A stretch of DNA of 64,000 nt from Smutsia gigantea. Its lineage: Eukaryota. The translations under genes and the position numbers were made by a program. Below the pieces are notes generated by a model. The model was not told where the DNA came from. It searched no databases and saw nothing but the letters and a program-made list of their open reading frames with translations. The first letter of the stretch is position 1, and each line of letters begins with the position of its first letter. Shown piece after piece: positions 13,301 through 26,039 of this stretch. The stretch covers positions 116,871-180,870 of the forward strand of contig JAVSCE010016072.1 of assembly GCA_032199065.1 (NCBI GenBank), given 5' to 3'.

Positions 13301-13468
13301 CCTCACGGGGTGCCAAGTCCTCTCAGGTGTAGATGCAGGCTGGGTGCTGTCCTGTATCTTCTGGTCTCTTTTTTAGGAATACTTGTATTTGTTGTATTTT
13401 CATAAATACATATGGTTTTGGGAGGAGATTTCCACTGCCCTGCTCACGCCGCCATCTTCCCAGAAGTC
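7377..13468 (-). mobile_element. Full-length LINE-1 (about 6.1 kb) flanked by a perfect 15-bp TSD. ORF1 is intact and ORF2 is broken into at least 8 pieces
   Basis: The 5' end on the minus strand reads cttctgggaagatggcggcgtgagcagggc, the same 5'UTR start as the plus-strand copy at 46.7 kb. 5'UTR 12667-13468. ORF1 12085-12666. ORF2 pieces on the minus strand run 11346 down to 7805 (endonuclease, RT, C-terminus). The poly-A tail appears as a T/TTA-rich run at 7377-7425. Confidence 0.9.
12085..12666 (-). CDS. L1 ORF1 protein (193 aa) with coiled-coil and RRM regions. It terminates before the conserved C-terminal domain
   Basis: MAPTSDHFY...LQRNMQELREEVREVRKDNAEMRQAIDGLSSRLDEMQETVNGIEIRKQEYR...RNERILRELCD...IIGVPEEEEREKEIESVFEEIIADNFP...HQDT. 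It shares its end point with the 47498-48064 ORF. Confidence 0.85.
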   Translation of the reverse strand: MAPTSDHFYCHEKTEEYGTNKLNQTQTTPEREPDGMEMHNFPEKEFRTKVITILMDLQRNMQELREEVREVRKDNAEMRQAIDGLSSRLDEMQETVNGIEIRKQEYRAAEAERDKRIARNERILRELCDHSKWNNIRIIGVPEEEEREKEIESVFEEIIADNFPMPGKEMVSQSTEAHRSPTQGTQGRQHQDT

Positions 13469-13483
13469 TCTGATCACTTTCTT
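13469..13483. repeat. Target site duplication (right copy) of the minus-strand full-length L1
   Basis: tctgatcactttctt lies immediately outside the L1 5' end (gccgccatcttcccagaag). Confidence 0.8.
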
Positions 13484-14149
13484 ACCTAATTCTAAGTTTA
13501 GAAGAATGTAAATGTTCTCCAATCTTGTCTTATTTGATAATGATCATAGGTTAGTTTAAAAATTGAATTAGAAGTTTAAAAACAAACAAACAAAAAGAAA
13601 CAGTTTTAGGCCAGACTCCAAGAGCCTGGACAGCTGCCCTCCAGGCTCCTTTCTCCTGGTGTGGAGGGAGGTGCCTGGGAGCTGGGAGGGTGTGACAGAA
13701 TGTCATCAGGGGCTGGAGTCCTTCCAGAGATTCCTAGCTTGACTCACTCACTGACAGATGACAAGTGAGTCCTAAATAAGGGAGGGGTCCTGCCCAAAGT
13801 CACACAAGCCATATATGGGGGAGGGATGCGGGAAGCGTAGATACAAGTTCCTGGTCTGGCAAGCAGCCTGACCACAACACAACCCTTACTAAGTATTAAT
13901 ACTTTCTTTTGCAAAACTACAGCCATTTAATGTGAAAGGCTTCAAAAATATGTTGAAATGTTAGTGTATTATAAAAGATGATCACAAGGGCAGCCTGAAT
14001 CAGATTGCTCTGTCCCGGTGGTTTTGAGGAAAGAGTCAGAAGGAGCACAATGTGTGGTGTGGTGCATTGTGGTGTGGGAGTAGGTGGAAATGGAGAGTCC
14101 TGAGGCTTGGGCCTTATACAGAGACCTGATGTGATACAAACTTGATGAG

Positions 14150-14258
14150 ATTATAAGCTTTAAAATAAAACCTGAACTTAATACCACTGGAAACTTAAAA
14201 ATGGTTAAAATGGTAAATTTTATGTTATGTGTATTTACAACAACTAAAAAGGGCTTTT
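14150..14258 (+). mobile_element. Old L1 3'-end fragment
   Basis: Carries the L1 3'-terminal motif ...cctgaacttaataccactggaaacttaaaaatggttaaaatggtaaattttatgttatgtgtatttacaacaactaaaaa, which recurs at 18960-19030. Confidence 0.5.
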
Positions 14259-14275
14259 AAAAAATCCAAATAAAC

Positions 14276-17200
14276 AAAGAAGGACATTACATAATGATAA
14301 AGGGGTCAGTCCAACAAGAGGATATAACCTTTATAAATATGCACCCAACACAGGAGCACCAACATATGTGAAACAAATACTAACAGAATTAAAGGAGGAA
14401 ACAGAATGCAATGCATTCATTTTAGGAGACTTCAACAGACCACTCATTCCAAAGGACAGATCAACCAGACAGAGAATAAGTAAGGAGACAGAGGCACAGA
14501 ACAACACATTGAAATAGGTGGACCTAACAGACATCTACAGAACTCTACACACAAAAGCAGCAGGATACACATTCTTCTCAAGTGCACATGGAACATTTTC
14601 CAGAATAGACCACATACTAGGCCACAAAAAGAGCCTCAGTAAATTCAAAAACATTGAAATTGTACCAACCAACTTCTCAGATCACAAAGGTATAAAACTA
14701 GAAATAAATTGTACAAAGAAAACAAAAAAGCTCACAAACACATGGAGGCTTCACAACATGCTCCTAAATAACCAATGGATGAATGACCAAATTAAAATAG
14801 AGATCAAGCAATATATGGAGGCAAATGACAACAATAATTCAACACCGCAAAATCTGTGGGATACAGCAAAGGCAGTTCTACAAGGAAAGTATATAGCAAT
14901 CCAGGCCTATTTAAAGAAGGAAGACCAATCCCAAATGAACAGTCTAAAATGACAATTATTGAAACTGGAAAAAGAAGAACAAATGAGGCCCAAAGTCAGC
15001 AGAAGAAGGGACATAATAAAGATCAGAGAAGAAATAAATAAAATTGAGAAGAATAAAACAATAGAAAAAATTAATGAAACCAAGAGCTGGTTTTTTGAGA
15101 AAATAAACCAAATAATAAACCCCTAGCCAGACTTATTAAGAAAAAAAGAGAATCTACACACATAAACAGAATCAGAAATGAGAAAGGAAAAATCACAACA
15201 GACACCACAGAAATAATACAAAGAATTTATTAGAGAAACTATGAAAATCAATATGGTAACAAACTGGATAACCTAGAAGAAATGCACAACTTTCTAGAAA
15301 AATACAACCTTCCAAGACAGACCCAGGAAGAAACAGAAAATCTAAACAGACCAATTAGCAGCAATGAAATTGAATTGGTAGTCAAAAAATCCCAGACCAG
15401 ATGGTTCACCGCTGAATTTTATCAGACATTTAGAGAAGGCATAATACCCATTCTCCTTAAAATTTTCCAAAAAACAGAAGAGGAGGGACTACTTCCAAAG
15501 TCATTCTATGAAGCCAGCATCAGTCTAATACCAAAACCAGGCAAAGACACCACAAAAAAAGAGAACTACAGACCAATATCCCTGATGAACATAGATGCAA
15601 AAATACTCAACAAAATATTAGCAAACCGAATTCAAAAATACATCAAAAAGATCATCCATCATGATCAAGTGGGATTCATCCCAGGGATGCAAGGATGGTA
15701 CAACACTCAAAAATCTATCAACATCATCCACTACATCAACAAAAAGAAGGACAAAAACCACATGATCATCTCCACAGATGCCGAAAAAGCATTCAACAAA
15801 ATTCAACATCCGTTCATGATAAAAACTCTTAACAAAATGGGTATAGAGGGCAAGTACCTCAACATAATAAAAGCCATATATGTCAAACCCACAGCCAACA
15901 TTATACTTAACAGCAAGAAGCTGAAAGCTTTTCCTTTAAGATTGGAAACAAGACAAGGATGCCCACTCTCCCCACTTTTATTCAACATAGTTCTGGAGGT
16001 CCTAGCCATGGCAATCAGACAACACAAAGAAATAAAAGGCATCCAGATTGGTAAGGAAGAAGTTAAACAGTCACTGTTTGCAGATGACATGATATTGTAC
16101 ATAAAAACCCTAAAGAATCCACCCCAAAACTACTAGAACTAATAACTGAATTCAGCAAATTTGCAGGATACAAAATTAATACACAGAAATCTGTGGCATT
16201 CCTATATATTAACAATAAACAAGCAGAGAAATCAGGAAAATAACTCTATTTACAGTTGCATCAAAAAGAATAAAATACCTAGGAATAAATCTAACCAAGG
16301 AGGTGAAAGACTGAAACCCAGAAAACTACAAGACACTCAGGAGAGAAGTTAAAGACACCAATAAATGGAAATATATCCCGTGTTCATGGATAGGAAGAAT
16401 GAATATTGTCAAAATAGCCATCCTGCCTAAACCAATCTACAGATTCAATGCAATCCCTATCAAAATACCAACAGCATTCTTCAAAAAACTGGAACAAAAA
16501 ATACTTCTAAAATTCATATGAAACCACAAAAGACCCCGAATAGCCAAAGCAATCCTGAGAAGGAAGAATAAAGCAGGGGGGGATCTTGCTTCCGAACTTG
16601 AAGCTCTACTACAAAGCCACAGTATTCAAGACAATTTGTTACCGGCACAAGAACAGACCCATAGACCAGTGGAACAGAACAGAGTCCAGATATTAACCCA
16701 AGCATATACAGTCAATTAATATACAATAAAGGAGCCATGGACATACAATGGGGAAATGACAGCCTCTTCAACATCTGGTGTTGTCAAAACTGGACAGCTA
16801 CATGAAACTGGGTTATTGTCTAACTCCATACACAAAAGCAAACTTGAAATGGATCAAAGACCTGAATGTAAGTCAGGAAACCATAAAACTCTTAGAAGAA
16901 AACATAGGCAAAACTCTCTTGAATATAAACACGAACAACTTCTTCATGAACATATCTCCATGGGCAAGGGAAACAAAAGCAAAAATGAACAAATGGGACT
17001 ATATCAAACTAAAAAGCTTCTCTACAGCAAAGGATACCATCAGTAGAACAAAAAGACATCCTACAGTAAGGGAGAATATATTCATTAATGACATATCCAA
17101 AAAGGGGTTGACATCCAAAATATACAAAGAGCTCACGCACCTCAACAAACAAAAAGCAAATAGCCCAATTAAAAAATGGGCATAGGATCTGAACAGACAC

Positions 17201-18104
17201 TTCTCCAAAGAAGAAATTCAGATGACCAACAGGCACATGAAAAGATGCTCCACATCGCTAATCGTCAGAGAAATGCAAATTAAAACCACAATGAGATATC
17301 ACCTCACACCAGTGAGGATGGCCAACATCCAAAACACAAACAACAACAAATGTTGGCGAGGATGTGGAGAAAGGGGAACCCTCCTACACTGCTGGTGGGA
17401 ATGTAAATTAGTTCAACCATTGTGGAAAGCAGTATGGAGGTTCTTCAAAAAACTCAAAATAGAAATACCATTTGACCCAGGGATCCCACTCCTACCCTAA
17501 GAATGCAGGATCCCAGTTTGAAAAAGACATATGCACCCCTATGTTTATCACAGCACTATTTACAATAGCCAAGAAATGGAAGCAACCTAAGTGTCCATCA
17601 GTAGATGAATGGATAAAGAAGATGTGGTACATATACACAGTGTAATATTATTCAGCCATAAGAAGAAAACAAATCCTACCATTTGCAACAACATGGATGG
17701 AGCTAGAGGGTATTATGCTCAGTGAAATAAGCCAGGCGGAGAAAGACAAGTATCAGATGATTTCATTCATCTGTGGAGCATAAGAACAAAGAAAAAACTG
17801 GAAGAATAAACAACAGTAGACTCACAGAACCCAAGAATGGACTAAGTTACCAAAGGGAAAGGGACTGGGGAGGATGGGTGGGAAGGGAGGGATAAGGGGA
17901 AAAAGGGGCATTCCGATTAGCACACATAATGTAGGGGTGGGGGACACGGAGAAGGCTGTATAGCACAGAGAAGACAAGTAGTGACTCTATAGCATCTTAC
18001 TATACTGATGGACAGTGACTGTAATGGTGTATGTGGGGGGACTTTATAATGGGGGACTCTAGTAACCACAGTGTTGCTCATGTAATTGTATATTAATGAT
18101 ACCA
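14276..18104 (+). mobile_element. 5'-truncated LINE-1 (about 3.8 kb, ORF2 endonuclease to 3' end) flanked by a roughly 16-bp TSD
   Basis: The ORF2 N-terminal region (KEGHYIMIKGSVQQEDITFINMH..., DLTDIYRTLHTKAAGYTFFSSAHGTFSRIDHILGHK) runs through the RT and C-terminus to ...gtaattgtatattaatgatacc(a)n. The sequence aaaaaatccaaataaa sits at both 14259-14275 and 18105-18121. Confidence 0.85.
15282..16136 (+). pseudogene. L1 ORF2 reverse-transcriptase fragment (284 aa open stretch flanked by frameshifts)
   Basis: Motifs [84 protein letters not shown] (YXDD box). Confidence 0.8.
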
Positions 18105-18179
18105 AAAAAAATCCAAATAAATAAATAAACTGGAAAATTATTATATAAGTGTCTTTTAGTCTTTTTAAAAATTTTGCAG

Positions 18180-19030
18180 TAAAATTTTATTTTTTATATT
18201 GAATTACATACAATAAAATGCACAAGTCTTAGTGTAATTTTTTTGATTGAAGTATAATTGATATACAATCTTATATTGGTTTCAATTAGTGTAATCTTTT
18301 AATTAACCTTTCTTAAAAAAAATAAAAACACTAGAAGAATAAACACTGTTAAAAACCAGAAAGGTCAGGGGTGATTTTTCTTTTCCTAAAGTATCAAACT
18401 GGCTGTTTTGATTCTTCATTGTCTTTCATCACTTAAAAAAAAGCTTAAAATTTTTTAACTCGTTCCTCAAAAAATTAAACATAGAATCACCATGTAATCC
18501 AGCAAGTATATTTCTAGTACATATAAAGGCGTAGAAGGCAGAGACTCAGATATTTACACATTGATGTTGGTAACAATGTTATAAAGGTAGAAACAACTCA
18601 ACTGTCCATCAGTGGATGAATAAACAAAATCTATCTATACAAATGTACACATACACAATAGGATATTATTCAGACCTAAAAAAATATGGAAATTCTGATA
18701 CAAGCTACAGTGTGGATGAACCTTGAGGACATTATAAGTGAAATAAGTCAGTCACAAAAGGGCAAACACTGTGTGATTCTGCATATAGGAGAATCAAACT
18801 CATAAAGACAGAAAGTAGAATGGTGTTTGCTACTGGCTGGAGGGAAAGCGGGTGGGGAGTTTTTCTTTAAGGGGTACAGAGTTCAGTTTGAGAAGATGAA
18901 AATGTTCTGGAGATGGATGGTGGTGATGGGTGCTCAACAGTGTAAATGTACTTAATGCATCTGAACTGCACACCTAAAAATCACTAAAATGATAAATTTA
19001 TGTTATGTATATTTTATTACAATAAAATGT
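18180..19030 (+). mobile_element. Older L1 3' region (ORF2 C-terminus plus 3'UTR)
   Basis: ...tgtccatcagtggatgaataaacaaaat..., then the L1M-type 3' end ...gtagaatggtgtttgctactggctggagggaaag...gttcagtttgagaagatgaaaatgttctggagatgg...taaaatgataaatttatgttatgtatatttt. Confidence 0.7.
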
Positions 19031-19879
19031 TTAATAATAATATAGAAAATTGAAACATAGAGAAGAAAATTATTCCTTGTAATCTCCTCACTCCCAAATA
19101 AACCTGCATTCTTTTTTTATAGGCTTTTGCAGGGTGGGGATCAGAACCAGGGTTCCTTCCATTCTACCACTCAAGAATTTCTGAAAAAAGGAATGAGGAA
19201 ATTACTCAAGGAGTGTATGCAATGGAGAAATCTCTGGGACAGAAGTCTATAAAACGGGCCTCTGGAGCAGGGCTGGGTGTTTTCTGGGTTATGCAAGTGT
19301 TCTTGGGGCCAGGCATTCTGGGATGAGCCTTACTGAGCCTGGAACCCATAAGAGAAGCTGCTCCTCATAGAATAGTCAGCTGGCTTTGGGCTGGTGTGTA
19401 CAGTTCTGGTCTTGGTGTTCTTCCCTCCTAAGTCTACACAGTGGTGTAAAAACATGTCATAAATTCCTTGACACTCCTCCTGTCCTAATAGTGAGTCTAA
19501 TCCGTTGCCTCTTGAGTATGCGCTGGTCTTGTGATTCACTTCTGAAGAGTGGAATAGAGCAGACGTGACAGTGTGCTTCCAAGGGTAGGTCAAAAAAAGG
19601 GGTAGAGCTCCCACCTGCCTTACCACCCCCCCACTCCTTCCTACCCCACTTCTTTTGGAACCCAGTCAGCACGTGTGAGGAAGCCCAAGACACATGTAGA
19701 CACCCTGGTTAACGTCCCAGCTAGAGGCCCAAGTGACGGTGAGCATCGACTACCTGTCCCACAACTGAGTGATTTTTCAGATGCCTCCGACCCCAGCCTT
19801 CAAGCCAGCCACCCCAGCTGATGCCAAGCAAAGCAGAGGTGAGTTACCCGCACTGAGCCCTGACCAAGAGAGGTTTAGG

Positions 19880-20360
19880 AGAAAAGTAAATATTGCTCTA
19901 ACTTTTGGGGTGATCCGTAATACAGAAATAAATGGAACACCCTTTGTCAATGGTTCTCACCAGCTGAGTAAGGACTGGGCTTCAGAATCACCTGTGGGTT
20001 TTCTCCACCGCTCTCTCTTCCTCCCTGTGCCCCTCCGGCCGCCCCCACTTCATCACACCGCTTTAGGGCCTGAATCCGGGAGGGTGAGGAGGAACACAGT
20101 TGACCAAGAAACCCCACAGAGGATTCAGATGCACCCTCCCCCCATTTGAGACCCAGTAGACCTGCTCTGTGCAATGTACTAGCTGTTAGCCGTTTGTGGT
20201 TCTTCAAATTCCAATTAATTCAAATAAAATAAAATAGTCAGTCTACAGTCTCAATAATTTCATTTCAAGTGCTCAAGAGGCACGGCTGCAGGACATCTCT
20301 GCCACCACAGGAAGTTCTACTGGGCGGTGCTGCATTAGAACATTGCTGCCCAGAGAGGAC
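19880..20360. mobile_element. Probable ancient DNA-transposon (hAT/MER-like) relic
   Basis: The terminus caatggttctcaccagctgagtaagg and the internal stretch ctgctctgtgcaatgtactagctgttagccgtttgtggttcttcaaattccaattaattcaaataaaataaaat...tttcaagtgctcaagaggcac resemble widely dispersed eutherian MER-type repeats. Family assignment is from memory only. Confidence 0.3.
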
Positions 20361-20559
20361 TGAGGGCCAGCAAGGCCAGCATCGTCTGGGAGCACAATGG
20401 AATACAGACTCTCAGGCCCACCCAGACCTACTGAATCAGAAGCTGCATCTTATCAGGACATGCAGGTCATCTGCAGACACGTGAATGTTTGAAAAACATG
20501 GCATTAGCCAGAAATTCGCAACCATGGCCGTATTTAGAAGCTTTTTTAAAAGTCTGGGG

Positions 20560-20915
20560 TGTAACCATACCCCAGTGTCTTGCCTGAGGATTTTGGCCCC
20601 AGGCAAGTTCACTATGGAAATTATAATGGAATGTTCTTGGGGTTAAAGGGTTTATACATGGCTTTATCCTCCCGGAGATAGGTTGGGCACTAGAATCACA
20701 TCTGCATCCAGCGGTCTGCAGGTCCCTAACCCACCTCCATCTCTGCCTCTGCCCAGAGTACTGGACGGAACTCTTTATATATTGACCCAGTCCATAAGAG
20801 CTTATTGACTACAGGTGCGGAAGCATTAGCCAAGCAGTAGGTCAATTACATCATCAAGTAGTTTAGAGTATGTTGAGGATCCTGGCCATAGAACTTCCAT
20901 TTTCCCCACGCTCAG
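20560..20915 (+). repeat. Unclassified ~350-bp interspersed repeat, copy 1
   Basis: It aligns along its length with 26040-26395, at an estimated 75-80% identity. Shared blocks include ccccaggcaagttcactatgga, aatggaatgttcttggggt.aaagggtttat, catctctgcctctgcccagag, caagtagtttag and gatcctggcc. Confidence 0.6.
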
Positions 20916-21817
20916 ACCAAGAAAATCAGAATCTCCAGGGGTGGGAGCCAGCATCAACCTTCTTTAAAGTTTTCTGGGTGATTCCAGTGTGCAGCCAAGG
21001 TTGAGGACCACTGCTCCAGTCTATATCCTCTGGAGGGTCCAACAGCCTCTGCCCCGCAGTGGGCACCAGTTCAATCATTTGCCCAGCACCACTACGTGAG
21101 AAATTGTCTTTTCTGAAGAGCTGCAGTAAGGGCTGTTGCTTTCCTGCAACGTCAGGCACCACTGAGCCATGAATCGCTGGGTTAACACCTCACATGTGCT
21201 GGACCAATTAGTTCTTCCCTTGGAATTTTGGAACTGAGACTCAGTGGCTCTGGGTGACTGAATCTACCAAGTTTAAAAGTTGGGAGCTGGAGAGAAAATT
21301 TCTGGGGTGTTGGAGTCCCCGGTTCCAGTTCCTTCCCCTTGTGAAGATTTATTCCTATCCTTGGGTTTCTGTGTCCTTATAATACATTTTTCTTTGAGCT
21401 TAATAGTTTTGGCTGGGTTTCTTTGTCTTGCAACCAAAAATGCTAATTTACATAATCCTAGGTCTGTTAACTATGTTCCAGGACAGAATTCCCAAAAAGA
21501 TTCCTTAGGTAACTCAAAACTAATATGTAAAAAACAGCTGTATTATTATTATATGGCATATTTCTTTAAACTTTTCTATATTTGGAATTGTGATATAATG
21601 AGATATAAGAAATTCCTATTTGGTCATTCATATGTTCTTGAAAACACTGCAGTCTTAAAAGTAAAACAGGTGTTTTGTCATGTTAATGAGAAACTTTTGT
21701 TCACCCCCCCCCCAACCCAAGGGCGGGGGGGTAGAGGCTGAATCAGCCAATGGCCAATAATTCAGTCAGTCATGACTGTGCAATGAAGCCCTCACAAAAC
21801 CCATGAGAAAAGCTGGC

Positions 21818-21835
21818 TCTCTCTCTCTCTCTCTG
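21818..21835. repeat. (CT)n microsatellite
   Basis: ctctctctctctctctgtg. Confidence 0.9.
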
Positions 21836-24689
21836 TGCTTTGCTCTGCTCTGCTCAGTCGGATCCTGCTTCTTGGTTGGAGAGAGCACCTAAGCTTGGGG
21901 AACCAGAATGCCTCCACGTGCCACCAAGCCAGGCCCCAAGCTCCACAAGGATAAAAGCTCCTTTATTTGGGACCTTGCCCAGTGTCTCTGTCCATCTGGC
22001 TGTTAACTTGTATCCTTTATGATATCCTTTATTAAACTGGTAAACGTTAAGTGTTTTCCTGAGTTCTGTGAGCTGCTCTGGCAAATGGATTGAACCTAAT
22101 GGGGAGGTTGTGGGAACCTCCAAACTGTAGCCAGTAGGTCAGAGCACAGGTAACTGCCTGGGGCTTGCAACCTGTGCCTTGAGTTGGGGATGGAGGGCAG
22201 TCTTGTAGGATGGAGCCCTTAACCTGGGATTCTGGTGCTGTCTCCAGGCACATAGCACCAGAATTGAGTTGAGTTCTCCAACACCCTGCTGGTGTTCGAG
22301 AATTGCTAGGTGTAAGTATGTGTGGGAAGACCCTCTCCCACATATATACACACATTGGAATCGGGTCCAGGTACCCAAATGAAGTTTTATTATTACTATT
22401 ATTGCTGTGTATAATATTGTTACTGTTATACATACAAGTAGGGAAAAATACAACATTGCATTTGGTGTTGGATGAGTGGCAATCGGAGGAATTCTATACA
22501 GAAATATGTATAGAAATAAATATATTTCCATATTTAATATTTCATAATAAAAAGCTTTTAAAAAGCCATCTCTTCCCTCTAAACTTATTCTCCTTTGGTC
22601 TATCTGAACTAATGGCATCATGACCTGCCCAGTTTGCTGAGCTCAGAAATGTGGGAGATTTCCTAGAATCTATCCTCTTCCTCATCCCTTTCAGCAGTCG
22701 ACCAGCCCAAGTGATTTTATATGTAAAATACCCTGCAAATGTATTTGCTCCTTTCCATCTCAACAACTTACGCCTCAGTGTCTTGTCTGTGTGTCTGAAC
22801 AGCTTTCTGATGTGGTTTCCCTTACTCTCATTTCTCCCCTAACCCTGTCTTTCTCCAGACTAATCTTTTAAAGAGACAGTTCTGATCTTATCACCTTCCT
22901 GCTTTGAAATCCTTGAGGCCTACTGCTGCCAACAGAATCAGGTTGAAATTCCTTGGCTTTTACACCAGGTCCTTCACAGTCTAGCTCCAAAGTCCCCTTC
23001 CCAGCCTCAGGTTCACCACTTCATCCCAGCCTCACAATCACACAAACTCATGGCTCCCTCAGCCCACTGTCTGCCTTCCTCACATACATACTTATTTATT
23101 CGTCCATTTATCCAATAAAAGTCCAGTGATGTGGCACTTCACTGGGTGCTGGGGATAGGGTACCCCTGAGATTGGAATACCCCCTAATCTGGCTAACCTT
23201 TACTAGTCTCTCAAGACCCAGCTAAAAATCAGCCCTTTGAGAAGCCTTCGTGATTTCTCCAAAGACTAAGAGCTGGAGCTCTCTGTGGAGGGTGGAAAGG
23301 GTGCACAGGGAAGGCTTCCAAGAGTAAATGATATTTGTCTATCCACTCAGGACCTCCTTAGGAATGATTTCACTTCTGGGCTTGACTCCAGAAAAAAGAT
23401 CAGGAACCATCTAGGATGGGTTGGCCTGGATTTCCAGAAAAGTCAGCCAAGACACATTCACTAGCAGATATATCATGCTGAAAGTATGGCTGGACACCTA
23501 ATTTTCAGGAAGAGAAGCCAGTGTGGGTTGGACTGTGGGTGGATGGGGGTACGCGCACATGTCTGGCACATGTGCTGGTGCTCATGGATTCTGGGATGTG
23601 TCAGAATCCTTGATGATGGGCTGAATGGAGCAGTAGTCAGCAGAACAGCTGTGATTATGCTCCAGGGAGCCCCTCCCTAAGGACTCCTCACTTGGCAGGG
23701 AAAAACACCCTGTCAACCCTAAACCGAGTGGGGACATTTTGGCTATCAGTAAAATCAGAAATGCAAGCAATAGGTATTGAGTACCTATTATGTGCTGGGC
23801 ACGGAGATCCAACAGTGAACAGTTAGACATAGTTCTGCACTCGTGGGGGTTACCCGGGGGAAATAGACAAGGAACAAACAATTATAGACCAGGGTCTTAA
23901 GCCCTAGCAACCAACACCATCCAAGCTCCTGCGGGTCTCAGTGGATGTTAAATATGTGCCCTCCTTTGTGTGTGGAAGACGTGGAAATGCTTCCTGGAAA
24001 AAACTGCCTGATCTATTTGGGGGCAGGCAGACAGGGGAGGGGAGGAAGCAGGTTTTTCCAGCAGTGTAGCCTCTTTGAGGAAACATTTGTAAAACTGGAG
24101 ACCACAGCTCTGGGCTATGTCCTCTGCAATCAGAAGGTCCAGGAGATGCCAGGACCAGTGTACATGATCCTCAAAGGGACAGAGATTTGGGGGGTGGTTG
24201 GTGAGCTACGCTCAGGGGTCCTCTTACATTCAGCCTAAAGGACTTGCCACCTGACCACCAGGTACCTCCTCCACTTTTGATGGGATCCCACCTGCCTAAT
24301 CTGGCCACCTCTATACCTCAACAGTTCTCTGCAGCCCTGTGAAGCTCACAGGCCCCCTCAGGAGGTAATGGGCCCTGATGAATCTCAAGGAAGCAATCAG
24401 CTGAGCTGAGTATGTATGGGGCCCCCTTTCCACATGGCCACTTGTGAATGGGACATGGGTCCCATTTATCTGCCATCATGCCGCTTGGAAAGTCACTGAG
24501 GTCCATTCCAGACTAAGGCCTTCAGTGGCCAGCCTCTTGCCCAACACCCTGTGATACATTGCTGTCCACCGATGTTCTTTGGAGAAAGGACAGCCAAAGG
24601 GGTTACCACATCTTTTCCCAACTCCTGTTCATAATGGGCCTTACCATACATCACTCCACTGCTGTACTTTCTACATGTAGCAAGACTGA

Positions 24690-25330
24690 GTGGCCAAACT
24701 TCATTTGTTACTATTTTTATTGAGCTATAATTCAAACGCTATGAATTTCACCCATTTAAGTGTATAATTTAGTGGTTTTTAGTATATTCATAAGATTGTG
24801 CAACCATCATCACTATCTAATTTCAGAACATTTCCATCACCCCAAAAAGAAATCCCATACTCATTAGCAGTCACTCCCGATTCCCTCCTCCCCTGGTAAC
24901 CACTCTCTGCTTTCTGTCTCTAGTCTCTATGGATTTGCCTTTGTGCTTTCTGGATATTTCATATAAATACAATCATATAATATGTGGTCTTTTGTGTCTG
25001 GCGTCTTTCACATAACATAATGTTATGCATGAATCAATACTTCAGTACTTTTTTATAGTGGAATAGTATTTCAGTGTATGGATATACTATGTTTTTTAAT
25101 CCATTCATCAGTTGATGGACATGTGGATGGTTTCCATTCTTTGGCTTTTATGAGTAATGCTGCTATGAACATTCATGTGCAGGTTTTTGTGTGGACGCAT
25201 TTTCAATTTCTCTGTGGCATATACCTGGCAGAATTTCTTGGTCATCTGATAACTCTGTTTAACTTTTGGAGGAACTGTGGGTGGTCAGATTTACAGTGGC
25301 TGAGTTCATCCACTTCTCTTACTTTCTGCT
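24690..25330 (-). mobile_element. Old L1 3'-end fragment (ORF2 C-terminus/3'UTR, antisense)
   Basis: gtgcaaccatcatcactatctaatttcagaacatttccatcaccccaaaaagaaatcccatac...tggatatttcatataaatacaatcatataatatgtgg...ccattcatcagttgatggacat..aatgctgctatgaacat is the reverse complement of the conserved L1 ORF2 C-terminal/3' region. Confidence 0.75.
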
Positions 25331-26039
25331 GGTAACTCACCCTCCCACGGCAATGACAGCACCGCACCTTCTCTCTCACATGGTTGAGTACCACTACAGA
25401 CCCGGCTCCTAGGCGAAACATGGAGGCCACCAACCTCAAGCAAGAGGAGAATCAATAGCAAGTACCAGGGGAGACAACCCTTCAGGAAGATTTTGCTGTT
25501 TTCGGGCCGTACTTCTGCCACCCATCCTGGCTGAAGCCTGAAGACCTCTTCTTACGCAATGGCGCTGTCACTGGAGCGCTGGGTTTTATGTGTCAAAGCT
25601 GCCTTCATCCATGCAACCCCCATCTCACTGCTGCCAACTGAGCATGGTGTGCTGGGACCTTGCCACGTTCACCCAGGACAAGGCAACAGCCAGGAGCAGG
25701 AGAGGAGGTGATTGACTGGGAGGCTCATACCTTGTGGTTCAGGCCACACTACCAACTGAGGGCTCCAAGCAGCATGTTGGTGAAAAGTTGCTTGGCATTT
25801 GATTAGTTTAGTTTCAGCAGATGAAGGAGGATGCAGACAACTTGGACCAGATGGAATGAATTGTTCCCTGCTCTTGTGTTCTCTGAAAGGCACAACCCTA
25901 GGTAGTGAGAAGCAGAGAAGCAGGCAGCAGATAGCCATATTTTACACTTAGAACTGAGGCTTAGAGGGGTTGAATAGCCTGTCTGGGATGACCAGCCATC
26001 TGTTTTACCTGGGACTATCCTGATTTTAACACTGTCTTG

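Noticed and set aside
15282-16136. 284-aa ORF with intact RT motifs, considered as a standalone reverse transcriptase gene
   Set aside because: It is an internal piece of a 5'-truncated L1 ORF2, bounded by frameshifts, with the rest of ORF2 in other frames up- and downstream. It is not an independent gene.
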